This document shows positions 1 to 12,882 of a stretch of 64,000 bases of DNA, piece after piece (the stretch's first letter is position 1; each line of letters begins with the position of its first letter). The stretch is from the NCBI GenBank assembly GCA_002269645.1, contig NIVC01000808.1, forward strand, positions 372,001 through 436,000. Reading direction: 5' to 3'. The stretch is from Macrostomum lignano (Eukaryota). A program made the translations under genes and the position numbers. The notes under the pieces are model-generated. The model was not told the DNA's origin. It saw only the letters and a list, made by a program, of their open reading frames with translations, and did no database searches.

Positions 1-1764
1 TTGCTTTGGATACATCCTGATACAAATTCAATTTTTCCTGTCGAAAAAGCTTCGCACACCTCGATCGAGTCAAATCAGTCTATATAGGCTTTTTGCGTTT
101 TCATAGTTCATTTTCAAATTGCCACTGCATTGACAAAACTATAATTATATTTTTGTCGTTTAGGTTTATTTAAAATTTTATATTTACTTACACAGTTCCT
201 TTCGTCTTGCTCTCTGGAGGTGCAGAACCGACATCAACTCTTTTACCATTTATTGTCGGAAAGGCTGATTGACTGTTTAAAGTCTGCAAAAATATTAGTT
301 TTCTGTTTGTTAAAACTAGTTGTCGTAATTAAATACAAAATTTAAACAATTTTTTAATGATTCTATAATCCCGTTTTTTAGCTTTCATTCCACAGTTTAA
401 TTAGGCGATTCTCTCCGTGCGCTTTATGCTCTCAAATTGGCTTAGAAATTGTAAAATAAGTTTTTATAAGCTGCATAGGAATTTCATTTGCTATTTTTAT
501 GTTGAATTTCGCTCATCGCGGTCCAGACAGTGATATACGAGCGTAATTACTAAATGTCTACTTTTTGGTAACTACGCGTAAGTGTTCCCTAGTGGTCACA
601 GTTGTTCTGATATCTACTGATTGAACGCTGACGTTGTTGCAGTGAATTTGGTGTGGGGTGTCGGGCTCAATGCCACATCGCTTTATCAATATACATGTAG
701 ATGGCTCATTATATGCATTTAGCTGTATCACGTACCGAGATTATCACTGTCTCACGTGCATTTCGTTTCGTTCTCATTTTTGACCCGCTTTCTCAAAATT
801 ATAATATGTTCGTTGTCATATAGTGATCTACAGTATATTTTTTATATTTTGTCTTATTGGACTTTAATTACTGTGTAAAACTGAGACAAACTTATAAACT
901 TTACAGTGCTTTGCGTAGCTATATATCTTGCTCTGAAACTTTTCCAATTCTTAGTAAATTATGAAAACTATCTATTCAATCCGGCTAAAAATAGGAAGTT
1001 GATATTTTCAAAATAAAAGCATCCATTCAAACATTGATGCCTCATATAGTTTTGTCAAATTTCAGCAAACCCACCTCATGAATGTCGATCTCTCACCCCA
1101 ATGCCGGGTGCCGTAGCTAGCTGTTTTCTGAATTCTAACAAGTTCCGTTATAGAAATAATGGATGTTAATATTGTGCATAATATTCTAGACGAATTATGA
1201 ATATCGTAGAAATATGTTCCATTTTAGTCTTTTTGTTAATTTATGAAATGCCATCGCACCTGTAGCTCGTATGCTGCCTGATCACGCCAATATAATTGCT
1301 TATTCAAGATTCATAATTATTATTATGGTTAATTATGCAGTTAACTTTCATAAACTACCGCTTTAAAATATAGTTATTGAAAATTAATACGCACTAATAA
1401 AATTGTATTTTAGTGAACCACTTGTCTGATTGGCAGTTTTGCTGGCTTACTTAACGCGTGAATTTCAGCTACGCCCAATGCTAATCAGCACGATGTCTGC
1501 ATGTTGGATCCTTATTAAAACCACGCATCAACATTGTAATGCACTGATAGCAATGTTATTATAATTATCTGCCATATCCCTTGTGTTTTGCCTGATTCCA
1601 TAACCATATTGCTGAGTTCTAGACTCACTAAATAGAAGTTCGCTTTATTAGTTGCTTTATTTGTAGCTAACACCGAGTTAATGCGCATGGGTATCAGATA
1701 AATTATGACGTCTGTATTTCAAGCTCAAAATTGCCTCCATTTGTCTTGCAACTGTTCTAGTATT

Positions 1765-2138
1765 TTGTTGACGTGAAATTCTTCATCATCACGTTCGGAG
1801 TAGCTGATCTACATGTAGATGCAAATAAATTTAAATTATTTGTTGACGTGAAATTCATCATCATCACGTTCGGAGTAGCTGATCTACATGTAGATGCAAA
1901 TAAATTTAAATTATTTGTTGACGTGAAATTCATCATCATCACGTTCGGAGTAGCTGATCTACATGTAGATGCAAATAAATTTAAATTATTTGTTGACGTG
2001 AAATTCATCATCATCACGTTCGGAGTAGCTGATCTACATGTAGATGCAAATAAATTTAAATTATTTGTTGACGTGAAATTCATCATCACCACATTCGGAG
2101 TAGCTGATCTACATGTAGATGCAAATAAATTTAAATTA
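1765..2138. repeat. 75-bp tandem repeat, 5 copies
   Basis: Unit TTGTTGACGTGAAATTCATCATCATCACGTTCGGAGTAGCTGATCTACATGTAGATGCAAATAAATTTAAATTAT recurs with period 75; explains ORFs 1757-2092 and 1773-2165. Confidence 0.95.
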
Positions 2139-2895
2139 AATGGAAACGTTGATATGGCATTATAATAATTATTAAAGTAGAAACAGAATCTCTTGTTGGA
2201 GGCTTATGGGCACCATGGTGCAACACCTTCGGTGACATCGTCCCCAACTAGCGCTGATCTGAGACAATCCTGCTGACTCATGAGCAACATACAAGTGCGA
2301 AAATGCACTATTCCACTAAGCAGGTTCACTATAGTGCGCGGATACATACGCAGTCATACACACAGGCACACACACACACAGTTGTGTACAGCGGCCCTAT
2401 CTGTATTTATCGATAGGCATGTACACTTCACTGGGCCTTCGAGGTTGGCTTTTAAGGGTGTGAATCGCACAACAACCTCGGTATATTTTTCGGACACAAA
2501 TTTCGTGGAGAATTTGGAAGGTGGAAATCAGCTAATCAGGGGATTAAGCTATAACCAACCCGTGTGAACTGGCTCACTGCATGGCTCTCGAAATCGTTTT
2601 TTGACTAGAATGGGGCTCTGAACTGACCTGCCAACCAGTGTCATCTAGCTGTCAATCTCGAAGTCATAGTAGCCGATAAAAGGGACGCTGCTGGGACTGG
2701 ATCGCATTGACCATGCAGGGACAGAGATGATCCTTTTGCAGGGGTGCCTCTATACACCGCTGAATGTATGATTAAGTATTGAATTCCCAGAAAATACATG
2801 TATATGTACTTGCTCGCTTTCGCCTGAAATGTGTTAATTTGTCAGCAGATAGCGCTGATACAGAACGTCCCATCCTTCAAGAATCCCCTAGACAG

Positions 2896-2896
2896 C

Positions 2897-2949
<53 letters not shown>

Positions 2950-2962
2950 AAACAACAACAAA
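2896..2962. repeat. (CAA)n microsatellite
   Basis: About 22 CAA units; source of the poly-Q/N/V ORFs. Confidence 0.95.
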
Positions 2963-3059
2963 ATACGTTGTCAGCCAGTCAAGCGAGTCATGCGAGAGGC
3001 AAGAAAACGTCACAGGGCACGAACAGGAACGACGCAAGTATCTCACAGGAAGCACCCCA

Positions 3060-5850
3060 GACAACAACAATTACTATGAGCTACATACAGCAGCCCTGGA
3101 CAAGCAAAGTTGGTTTGCTGTCAAAAAGCGAGTCAGCGAGGATCAAAAGTCTCAGCGTCTCTTAGAAGCAGGTCGACAAAACGCAGACTTCTCGCCTGAC
3201 CAAGCCACAACGGCCCTTGAAGGGATAGCAGCAGCACATCCTGCAGTGGTTCAGGGCAGTACTTCTCTGCTCGGATGACGTGGCCGGTCAGCTGTAGGCG
3301 CCGGATGCGCAGCAGCTGGCTGGGTCGGGAGAGCTGGGCCCGACGGTATAGCTCATCATTGCTGGTGTTGGTGGTGGCGGTCGGCGAGTAGTGGACACCG
3401 AGAGCGGCTCGCAGAAGTCAACGTGAGCAGCGTAGAGTTGCCGCTCCTGCGGGCCGGTCGGTGGCCACATTTTAGCATTGTAAAGGAGGACGGTTTCTAC
3501 GCTCGTATGACTGCCTTCTCGGGGTGTCGCCTGCTTGTTCTGAGACAGAGCATAAATCCGTTGGAGTCGTCAGAGAGGCCAGTGCGCAGTACCCAGTCCA
3601 GGAGCAGGACGAACAGAAATGGATGTCCCCTTAAAGAACGCCGGAGGACGTTTCGAAAAACTCAGAAAGGCGTTACAACTGCCACCCTAGTCTTCTGGTA
3701 CAGGGCCATCACAGCCGTCACCAGCTGCTCAGGTACGTGATACGCGCGCAGGATGTTCGTGATGACCCGCCTCGACACCAAGTCAAAGGCCTTCAGGAAG
3801 TCCACGAAGATGCAGATGATGGTCGACTGGTAGATGCGGGCCTCTTCCAAAATGCGGTGCAGAGCGATAACTTGGGTCACGGTGCCTCTGCCTGGCCGAA
3901 ATTCGTTCTTCTCGCGCCGAAGGAACGGGTCCAGCACCGGCTGCAGCCGCGACAGCAGAACCCTGTTGAACAGCTTAGCCGTGCAGGACATTAGTGAAAT
4001 CCCGCGATGCTCTTCGATCTTGACGGAGCCTGGTTTCTTTGGGATCCGGACGATATGCGCAATCCACCACTCAGCAGGGGCGGGGTCCCTAGATAGAACG
4101 CAGTTCATCACTCGCGGGACTTTCAACGCGACCTGCGAGAGGCACAGCACCTCGACTGGCACATCGTCGGGTCCAGTAGCCTTGTTGCCTAGCGACTTCT
4201 TAGCAAGTTGGAGCACCTCGTCGATGGTGATGGGGCTGGTGTTAAAGGAGCTCTCTGGCATCGCAGTCTCCGTGGGCAATGACATGTCATCCCTTTGCGG
4301 CGGCGGAGGTGCGTTGACGATACCAGAGAAGTTTCACCTCTCTTCGGGCGTGTCACCCGCCAGGTTCAGAGCGTTGCGTCTCTTGCAGCCTATCAGCTGA
4401 TTGACGACCGACCAGACGGCACACGATTTCTTGTCGGGACCGACGTCTGTAAACTCCTGAATAGCGGTCTCTACGCGGCGCTTTGCCGGGCTTTAAATGT
4501 CTCCATCAGAGTCTCCTCTTCCTTCTCCACAGGCTGACCGCTCCTCTGCAGTCTCTTCACTGTCAGCCGGGCCTGCCGCAGCACTTCGTCGTCCTGCCAC
4601 ACTGGCCGACTCTTTTCTACTGGCTTCGATCACCACCGGCAGAGTTTTGGTAGCGGCGGCTTGGATGGCGGCACTGATGTTCTGGTACTCGGCTGGGGTT
4701 GTTGTGTCTGATCGTCCTTCCAGCGCCTCGGCAAAGGCCAGGCAGAAGCGGCCACTTGAAACCGGGTAGCGTAGGGTGCGGAAGTAGCGCTTTGGCTGTT
4801 TTTTCGGTGGTCGATATAACGGGTCCCTCAGGCGCAGGTCGTAGGAGAGCAGCCTGTGGTCTGACCGCACTGCCAGCGGAGCCACCGCGTCGCAGTTTGT
4901 CACTTGTCGTCGTTCTCGCTTGCGAAGAAGCACGTGGTCAAGCTGTGCGAGTCGCTTTCTAACCAATTTTCCACACGCTTTCCGACGTCGCCGTTTACAT
5001 CCAGCAAACGTTTCCAATCTGTGAAGCGGCTTCCTGAACAGCGAACAGATCGTGGCGGTCCATGAAAGCCACTAGGGCATTAGTATTGTTGTTTTCGCGT
5101 GGCGTTTCAAAGCGGGCGCGCTCGGACATTCGCATGACGGCGTTGAGGTCTCCGAGTCCCAGTAAAGTGTCATGTTGAGCGGTCTTATCCAGCTGTGCTG
5201 ACAGGAACTCCAGAAACTGCCGGTGCTCAACTGGGTGCGCAGCCGTGGGCGCATAGGCACAGAAGAGCCGCATGTTACGCCTCCGTGTCGACGCGCAATA
5301 GCTCTTACAGGCTTTCAAAACGTGTACTTTGCTGAAGCTTTGGCCCTGTTAGAACGCCAATTCCTTCCCGTCCTTTCGAGTCTGCTGATGTGTATTGCAG
5401 GAGCCAGCCGCCGCCTAAGTGCTCCTGGTGTAGCCCAGGCTCGGCCGTGATGGAGAGCTCCTGCATAATTATGTCAAGTTGTAGGTCCCCTAAGATGTGT
5501 CTCCATTTTGGTCGCAGAGTTCAGCAGTTCCATGTAGCAATTCTGAGCTGTTGTTGTGCGCATTTTGGTTCGGCTGGGGTCCTGTGATTTTGAACCTCAT
5601 GGTCCGTGGCGCCATCCAGCGGATCCGCACCACCAGTTGGGGAGGGGCCTGTCTTTGCGGCCCGTCGCTCGCGTCCCCTCGCATCCGCCAAGTCGACCAT
5701 GGCGATTTCGCTCACGGCGCCGTTCTTTATGTGGATGGTGTGCCGCTCTTGTCAGCTGGAACAGAAGCGCGACTCTCCGTTGAGACACCGTTGACGCACC
5801 GCTAGCATGCTTGGCGGCGGTACCAGGAGGCCGCGCTATTTAAACGCTAT
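3060..5850 (-). mobile_element. Degenerate RTE-like non-LTR retrotransposon (AP endonuclease + reverse transcriptase), pseudogenised
   Basis: Minus-strand fragments in order: LRIATWNC, LGLGDLNA, QLDHVLLR, SDHRLL (APE); KATGPDD, RGISLMSCTAKLFNRVLLSRL, IFVDFLKAFD, GVL*GD (RT); LLYNAKMW and LTGHVIR (C-terminus). Several frameshifts and stops; YADD region missing; no RNase H. Confidence 0.9.
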
Positions 5851-5884
5851 ACTACAATACAATAACTTTAAATAGACTGCAACT

Positions 5885-7185
5885 AATGGCACCCAAGAGG
5901 ATGTCTCAAAGGAATCCGACAGGCCGTCCAGTGTCAGCACAGCAGCGCACGTGCCATGATACTGCGCCATGACGGCGGAAATCAGCTTCACAGGCACGTT
6001 GTACGCACGAAGCACCATTGGAGCACGGCCCTCACGACCGAGCTCAATTAAAAAACCTTCCTGAAGTCAATAAAGAGATCAATCAAGCTCGACTGGCGGT
6101 TCGCGCTTTCTCGATGACTCGGCGAAGAGCCAGGATCTGCGCCACTGTGTCGCACTAGGGCCGGAACCCGCGCTGCTCAGGCCTCCCTCAAATACGGATC
6201 CAGCACGTGCTGCAACCGCGATATACTAGCGTAAATGAATCCGGTTGAACAGCTTCTCATAGCGCAAGGACTACAGGCCGCAGATACCTCGGTGCTCCTC
6301 AAGCCGTGTGGTGCCCGGCTTCTATGGAATAGCGACGATGTGCGCCGTGGGCCATTCGTTGGCGCCACCTCATCGAAAAGCACGCGGTTCATCATATACT
6401 GGCGACCTCGCTGGCATACAGTGGAGTCGCAGCGCATCAATGGGAACCTCATCCGGACCTGCAGCTTTGCCGCCCAAGCATCACAAAGTCAGGGACTACA
6501 TTGAAGTTCTCCTCTGCCAGCAGCGGCGTCCCCGGCGGCAGCCTCACATCGGGGGCGGAGGCGCGTTGTGTTGACGATGGCGGTGAAGAACTCGCACAGC
6601 TGATCGTTTCTGCTCTCATCGGCAGTGTCGCCAGCCAGATTGAGCGGAATGCGCCGCTTCCGCCCCGTCAGAGCGTTGATGGCAGACAAGGCCGCGCGTG
6701 CTTTGGCGTCGTTTCTAGCTACGGTGACGGCCTGGATGGCGTCATTAACAGCGGCCTGTTGCCGCTGCAGCTATAGAATAGGTTTAGACAGCCGCCCAGA
6801 GCTTCCCTCCGAGTTGGACGCCTGCCCAGACGGAGCGCTCTGCCCTCGCTTGCCGAATCACAGGGTCTTCTTGCCAGCCTGGCTGCCTACGTTGGGCCGG
6901 TCGCATCAGCAAGACTACTTTCTCCACCGCGGCTCCGTGCTCGGAGGTAAAGTGCCTCCACACGCCCGCAACTCTACCTAGAGCTCTGGCGAAAGCACTA
7001 GCGAAATGGCGACGCGCCTGGATGTCATTGAGCGCACAGTAGTAGCGCTGCGATAGTCGCTTCGGTGGAGGTAGGGCGGATCGCGCACACGCAGGTCGCA
7101 GATCGACGAGGAGCCGCGATTATCGTACCGCAGAGTCAGCGGCGTGATGGCGAGGTAGTTGACGGCGTGGCGGCGCTCAGCCTTA
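5885..7185 (-). mobile_element. Second, more decayed RTE-like LINE fragment (end of endonuclease to RT GVxQG motif)
   Basis: LRAYNVPVKLISAVMAQYHGTCAAVLTLDGLSDSFETSS parallels copy 1 LRAYHVPEQLVTAVMALYQKTRVAVVTP; DLRVRDPPY parallels DLRLRDPLY. Confidence 0.8.
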
Positions 7186-7418
7186 ACTTTTTAAATAGCA
7201 TTGTATAGTTTTAATACTTGAATTTTGTTGTGACGAACTAGATAGTCTCGATATCTGTATAATTTGTTTTAATGTATTACTAAATTATGAGTAAGTAAAA
7301 GCGCAATTCCAATTTTCGCATTTTCAGACAAAACATTCTTGAGCCTGACTGCATTATTCGCACCGTTTTTTGGTGAAATTTAATTGCTACACGTTGATTA
7401 CGCATTGCTGCATCGACT

Positions 7419-7438
7419 ATGGCGAAATTATCGATACG
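7419..7438 (+). CDS. OAZ: Candidate first coding exon of antizyme ORF1 (MAKLSIR, phase 2)
   Basis: ATG GCG AAA TTA TCG ATA CG|GTGAGC; the phase-2 donor joins the phase-2 acceptor at 12970 (CG+G = Arg) to give an open 26-aa ORF1. A putative 37-nt GTAAGT..TTTTCAG intron lies just upstream (7291-7327). Confidence 0.5.
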
Positions 7439-7860
7439 GTGAGCAGTGATAATTGTCTATTCTTTGATGGCCTATTATATATGTTATATTAATTCGAAGT
7501 TACGATTAGGCCTATCTATACGAAAACTAAGTTGTATCTGCTGCAAAGAAGTCAATTATGAAAGATTATAGCTTTTCCCATTGTATAGCTGTATAGATTA
7601 TATAGTATAGATTATAGTAGATTATACTATATAGTTTATAAGCTTATATAGCTTTTAAGCAACCATTATAACTATCTTTTCACAAATGACCTTGTATTGT
7701 CACTGTACTGTAGGCTAGTCTAGTCTGTAGATATGTAAACCTGCTTATAATATATTCCAATCTAAGACTAAGTAATGCAGGCAGAAGTGGCAACAAATAT
7801 TGAAGTTTGCATATTCTATTCAAAATGATATTATGAAGTTTGTGTAAATCAATGTAGGCC

Positions 7861-8454
7861 ATATTGTGGATTGTGTTATATGTACACCAAAAAGTATCTA
7901 GCTATATAGTAAATTGTACGCCAATAAAGTATGCAAATTAAGGGTTCTAGTAAATTGTACGCCAATAAAAATGCATGATTAACAAGCACAAAAACTATGG
8001 AAGAAGCATGCCAAGGCGCGCATCAAAAAATTACCATAAAAAAGTAAAATTGAAAACGTACATCATTTAAAAAACAAAAATAATTAGTAAAACAAAGTTT
8101 TTACGTTTACTACTAGTTAAGGTACATTTTTTAAAAAGAACTTTAATATATTGTTTGAATATTAAATTTATTGTCATAACTTAGCGAAGTAACTTTATTG
8201 ACTATTTAGCGTAATTTACGTAATGGTGTCATACATCAATGCTTTTGTATGCTGCGCTGAAAGCTTGAACAAGTATAGTTAAGAATTGTAAGCAGATGAT
8301 TATGCTTGGAGGTTGTATTTCCTCCGGTTATGATAGATGTACGCCAGCCAAAGAATTTGTACGCCAGATATAAGCCACTTAAAGCGTATGTACACCAGCT
8401 AAAGCATTTGTACGCTGGAATTTTCCGGCGTATACTACACCTTCCGCAATATAG
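7861..8454. mobile_element. Putative non-autonomous DNA transposon (MULE-like MITE)
   Basis: Imperfect terminal inverted repeats ATATTGYGGA..., flanked by direct repeat AATGTAGGCC (7851-7860, 8455-8464); internal TGTACGCCA sub-repeats. Confidence 0.4.
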
Positions 8455-11400
8455 AATGTAGGCCTATATATTTATCACCTAAAGGCTAAATTAAAAATAT
8501 GCCTAGCTTTTTTCAATATTCTGTACCTTGATGAAAAAGAATATGCTAATTTTTTTTAAATTAGCATATTCTAAATTAAATTTTAAATTATGCTGCCATG
8601 TTGCAGAGCAAAACAAAAATATAAGCTATACTATCTTGCATTGCATAGCAGCATGCAATTTGCTATGCACACTAAGTGCATAGCTACATGTTGATGAAAA
8701 TGGCTATGTGCCACTCTGTAGATAGCACAGATTTTTTTTGAAAGCCTTTGTGCATGGGAATTTTCCTCAAAAAGGGCCTCCACAAGACTGGCATGGATGT
8801 AGGCAAATTTTGCAACAATTAATTTTGATAGCAAATTTAATGTAAACAAATTTAAGTGTTTAGTTCTGAAATTTTTTATGTAATTTCTATATTCTTAGAA
8901 CTTTATTACTGTCTTATGAATATTATGAATTTGATAAAAATGTTTATAGCATATTTGTGGAACTGTAAATTTTTGTAAATTTTGCAGAACTTAAAAGAGC
9001 TATAAAAGTGTTTGCCTGATATATTGCATATTTTGCTCATATTATAGTACAAAGATGCATGTATGGTTTACACAATCGCAATTATTGCTATTCAGTGTAC
9101 ATTACCATACATCAAGTGATAATATATGTAGAAGCAATTGAGAGCAAAAGAAAATGTCATGTATAGAAAAGAGTTAAATATCTATTCTTCATATAGTCCT
9201 TGCCTTATCCTATTATTTAGTACCTTACCATACCACATTATAGGTATGCTTCTATCCAATAGCAAGGAATAACTGGATTTTATAGAAAAAAGTATTTGAA
9301 TTCAGTGGCAATGAGGAATTTATGTAGTGGCTAAAATATATGAAGTTATGTTACATATATTAGTACATTTTTTGTTTTGCATGAGTTGTAAATCAAAAGT
9401 GAAAAAGTAAGTGTTAGTCATACTAAATAAGGTTTTTCTAAATTTCAATTTAGAAAAATTTTAATTTTGGAAAGTACCAAATTTCAATTTTGATAGAAAA
9501 TGCACTTTTGGAATGCACTTTTGGAATCTTTACAAGTTAAAGCAAATTATATGTAAAGTTTTTTTAGAATGCTTATTAGCAAAGCAAATGCTTAGCAAAA
9601 GAAGTATGAAAGAAATGAAGTAATCTCTATGTAACTAAACCTCTTTATACTAAAGCTCATGACCTTTGATAGAAAAAATGCATTCAATCAAAATAAATTT
9701 TTATGCTGACCTTCAAGAAAGAACACATTTCTTAGATAGCCATTTGGATCAAGTACATGATAAATAATCAATAGAACAAACTCAATTAAAAGCCTAAAAT
9801 AAAAATTTAATAATAAATCTAAATATACTAAATCTCTTAAGGTTTGTATGTTTGTCCATAATGCTTTACAGATTGCAATTCTTGGCTGATTTTGATCACA
9901 TTTTTGCCAAAAGATGCAAAATCCTCTGGAAAGAAGATGGTTAAAATTTCTTGTATCTGCTTCAATGCTAAAAGGATTAAATATTTGAAAAAAAACTGTT
10001 TAAAATGGGCTTTTTCAATGCAAATTTTATTAGGGAGAAACTTTGCAGCCAATTTCAATGATTGTGCCAGAGCCAACTGATAAGAAAACTCATTGGGCCC
10101 TACTTGAAGGGCTCAATGAAAGCAATAAAATTATTCTGGATGCTGGCAGCTAGCTCTAATTAGCTAGTATATTTACTAATATCATTATATTAAAAGAATT
10201 GATAATATTATGCACAGGTCTTCCTTTATTGTCACTGAGTTTGACTAGATTGATATTGAATTAACCTTTGGCAAAATTATCTATAGTGAATCTCTATTGC
10301 TAAATTTTTTAGAGCAAAAAAATAATAATAAAGAGCTTACTAAAATTGGTTAGCACCCATATATATAGCCTCCAAAATTATAATATTAGCATCTGTGCAA
10401 CTTAGTTTTATAGCTTATCTGATGTTTTTTGTAACTTAGTTTGTTCCTTTTACTATGTATATTATTTTTATTCTCCTTTAGTTTCTTATTTTGTTTTGCT
10501 TTTTCTATTTTATTTTCTTAATGCCATTATTTCTATCTTTTTTATTTTTTATTTTTTTAGTACTGCAAAGCTTTTGCCAATCATTAAGCAGCATATCCTT
10601 AGAATAGTAGGCAATTTATAGCCAAATATTAAATAGGGATCTGACAAAGTAAAATTTTTGAGATTTTCAAGATTCAATATTGTTTGACAATGCAATACAA
10701 TTGAGACTTCAAGATTTTAGACTTTATTATTTTGCAACTTGTATAAACCCAATAGTTCAAAGGACCAAGGACAAAGTACCCTAGAGAAAAAACTATTTTG
10801 GTATATGCCAATTTATACCAAATATGAATTAAATATTTTGCTTCATTTTTTCCACTTTGCATTATCAATTTTGAAATTTTACTGCTAGACTATAGTAATT
10901 CAGATATTTAATTTAAATAATTCAAAGCTAAAAAATAAAAATAACAGTTGTATTTATACAACATTTTATATTTGAAAATAAAAATAAACTTTGTACATTT
11001 CTGTTAAATAGCAAAACCTTTAACTTGTTAAAAAAAGTATAGAAGTTTTTAGAATACACCCATTTTTCCAAAGTATGGCTAAATCCCTTAATATTAGTGA
11101 CACTAAAATGGATTGGATTTTTGGCACTAGTTTGAATCAGTTTGAAGTCAATGTGTTTATATTGGTGTCTAGTATGGTAGATATATATACTATATTCAAT
11201 ATATTGGTATCTACCCTAGGGCTTTTAGTTTACTTTTTTATATCTTAGATTCTTGGCACTTTTTAAATCAAGATTTGATCAAGAAAAAGGTCTAAATCTC
11301 AAATAATGCTAAGATTGAAATCTTGTATGACCTCTACTATTAAACAATGCTAATTTTAACTCTACCTTGCACTTTGTCAACCTTATTGATCTAACAGTGC

Positions 11401-11489
11401 ATACAAATATTATTGAATAGCAATCAGCATCCCCCATCAGGGAGCCAATAAAAATGTAAAAAATTTTTTTTTTCAATAAACTACATATA

Positions 11490-12430
11490 GCTTCTGACCT
11501 CAGCTTTGACATCTTAGCAATCCCCCCAAGCCTTGCCATCTCAGCAATCCCCCCAAGCCTTGCCATCTCAGCAATTCCCACAAAGCCTTGACATCTCAGC
11601 AATCCCCCCAAGCCTTGCCATCTCAGCAATCCCCCCCCCAAGCCTTGTCATCTCAGCAATCCCCCCAAGCCTTGCCATCTCAGCAATTCCCACAAAGCCT
11701 TGACATCTCAGCAATCCCCCCAAGCCTTGCCATCTCAGCAATCCCCCTAAGCCTTGCCATCTCAGCAATCCCCCCAAGCCTTGCCATCTCAGCAATCCCC
11801 CCAAGCCTTGCCATCTCAGCAATCCCCCCAAGCCTTGCCATCTCAGCAATCCCCCCAAGCCTTGACATCTCAGCAATCCCCCAAGCCTTGCCATCTCAGC
11901 AATCCCCCCAAGCCTTGACATCTCAGCAATCCCCCCAAGCCTTGACATCTCAGCAATCCCCCCAAGCCTTGACATCTCAGCAATCCCCCCAAGCCTTGAC
12001 ATCTCAGCAATCCCCCAAGCCTTGACATCTCAGCAATCCCCCCAAGCCTTGACATCTCAGCAATCCCCCAAGCCTTGACATCTCAGCAATCCCCCCAAGC
12101 CTTGCCATCTCAGCAATCCCCCCAAGCCTTGACATCTCAGCAATCCCCCCCAAGCCTTGCCATCTCAGCAATCCCCCCAAGCCTTGCCATCTCAGCAATT
12201 CTCACAAAGCCTTGACATCTCAGCAATCCCCCCAAGCCTTGCCATCTCAGCAATTCCCACAAAGCCTTGACATCTCAGCAATCCCCCCAAGCCTTGACAT
12301 CTCAGCAATCCCCCCAAGCCTTGACATCTCAGCAATCCCCCCAAGCCTTGCCATCTCAGCAATTCTCACAAAGCCTTGACATCTCAGCAATCCCCCCAAG
12401 CCTTGACATCTCAGCAATCCCCCACCCAAG
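11490..12430. repeat. 26-27-bp minisatellite in putative antizyme intron 1
   Basis: Unit CATCTCAGCAATCCCCCCAAGCCTTGA/C, about 35 copies. Confidence 0.95.
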
Positions 12431-12710
12431 CCTAGGCATCTTAGCAAATTCCCCAATGAGTCCTTTATGTTCGACATTATGCTTCATTCATTTTGAAATG
12501 ACGCTTCTAAAATAAAAAAACCAAAAGATAGTGTCAAATATGATTGCCAATATCGAATTTTGTAATGCAGGCATATTTGATAATTATCCATCCACAATAC
12601 TAAAAATGATTTTCTTAAGTGCATCCACAAAATTGAAATGTTTTTAAATTTAAAGTACATTAGGTACTGCCTTTGTAAGGACTTTCTCAAACGCCATAGA
12701 TAAGACTATT

Positions 12711-12882
12711 CATACATGCGCAACCTTGGGAATCACTCGGCCGTTTCTATTGGCAACACACACATGTAAGTCGCTATTGGCTGAGAGCAGTCACGTGACT
12801 ACTATTCTGTCCAATAGCGACTTACATGTGTGTGTTGCCAGTGGAGGCGGCCGGGTGAATCCCTAAGTTGCGCCCAAGCATG
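12711..12882. mobile_element. Palindromic hAT-type MITE, 172 bp
   Basis: Nearly the whole element is an inverted repeat (TGGCAACACACACATGTAAGTCGCTATTGG / CCAATAGCGACTTACATGTGTGTGTTGCCA); 8-bp TSD AGACTATT at 12703-12710 and 12883-12890. Confidence 0.85.

Noticed and set aside
1-1750. Coding or transposase remnants in the first 1.7 kb and in 8500-11300
   Set aside because: AT-rich, only short ORFs, and no motif I can identify with confidence.
5780-5850. HDV-like ribozyme at the 5' end of the RTE element (GCCTCCTGG motif)
   Set aside because: I could not build P3 with a 7-8-nt L3 followed by P1 and P1.1; only a simple hairpin forms. A covariance search would be needed to revisit it.
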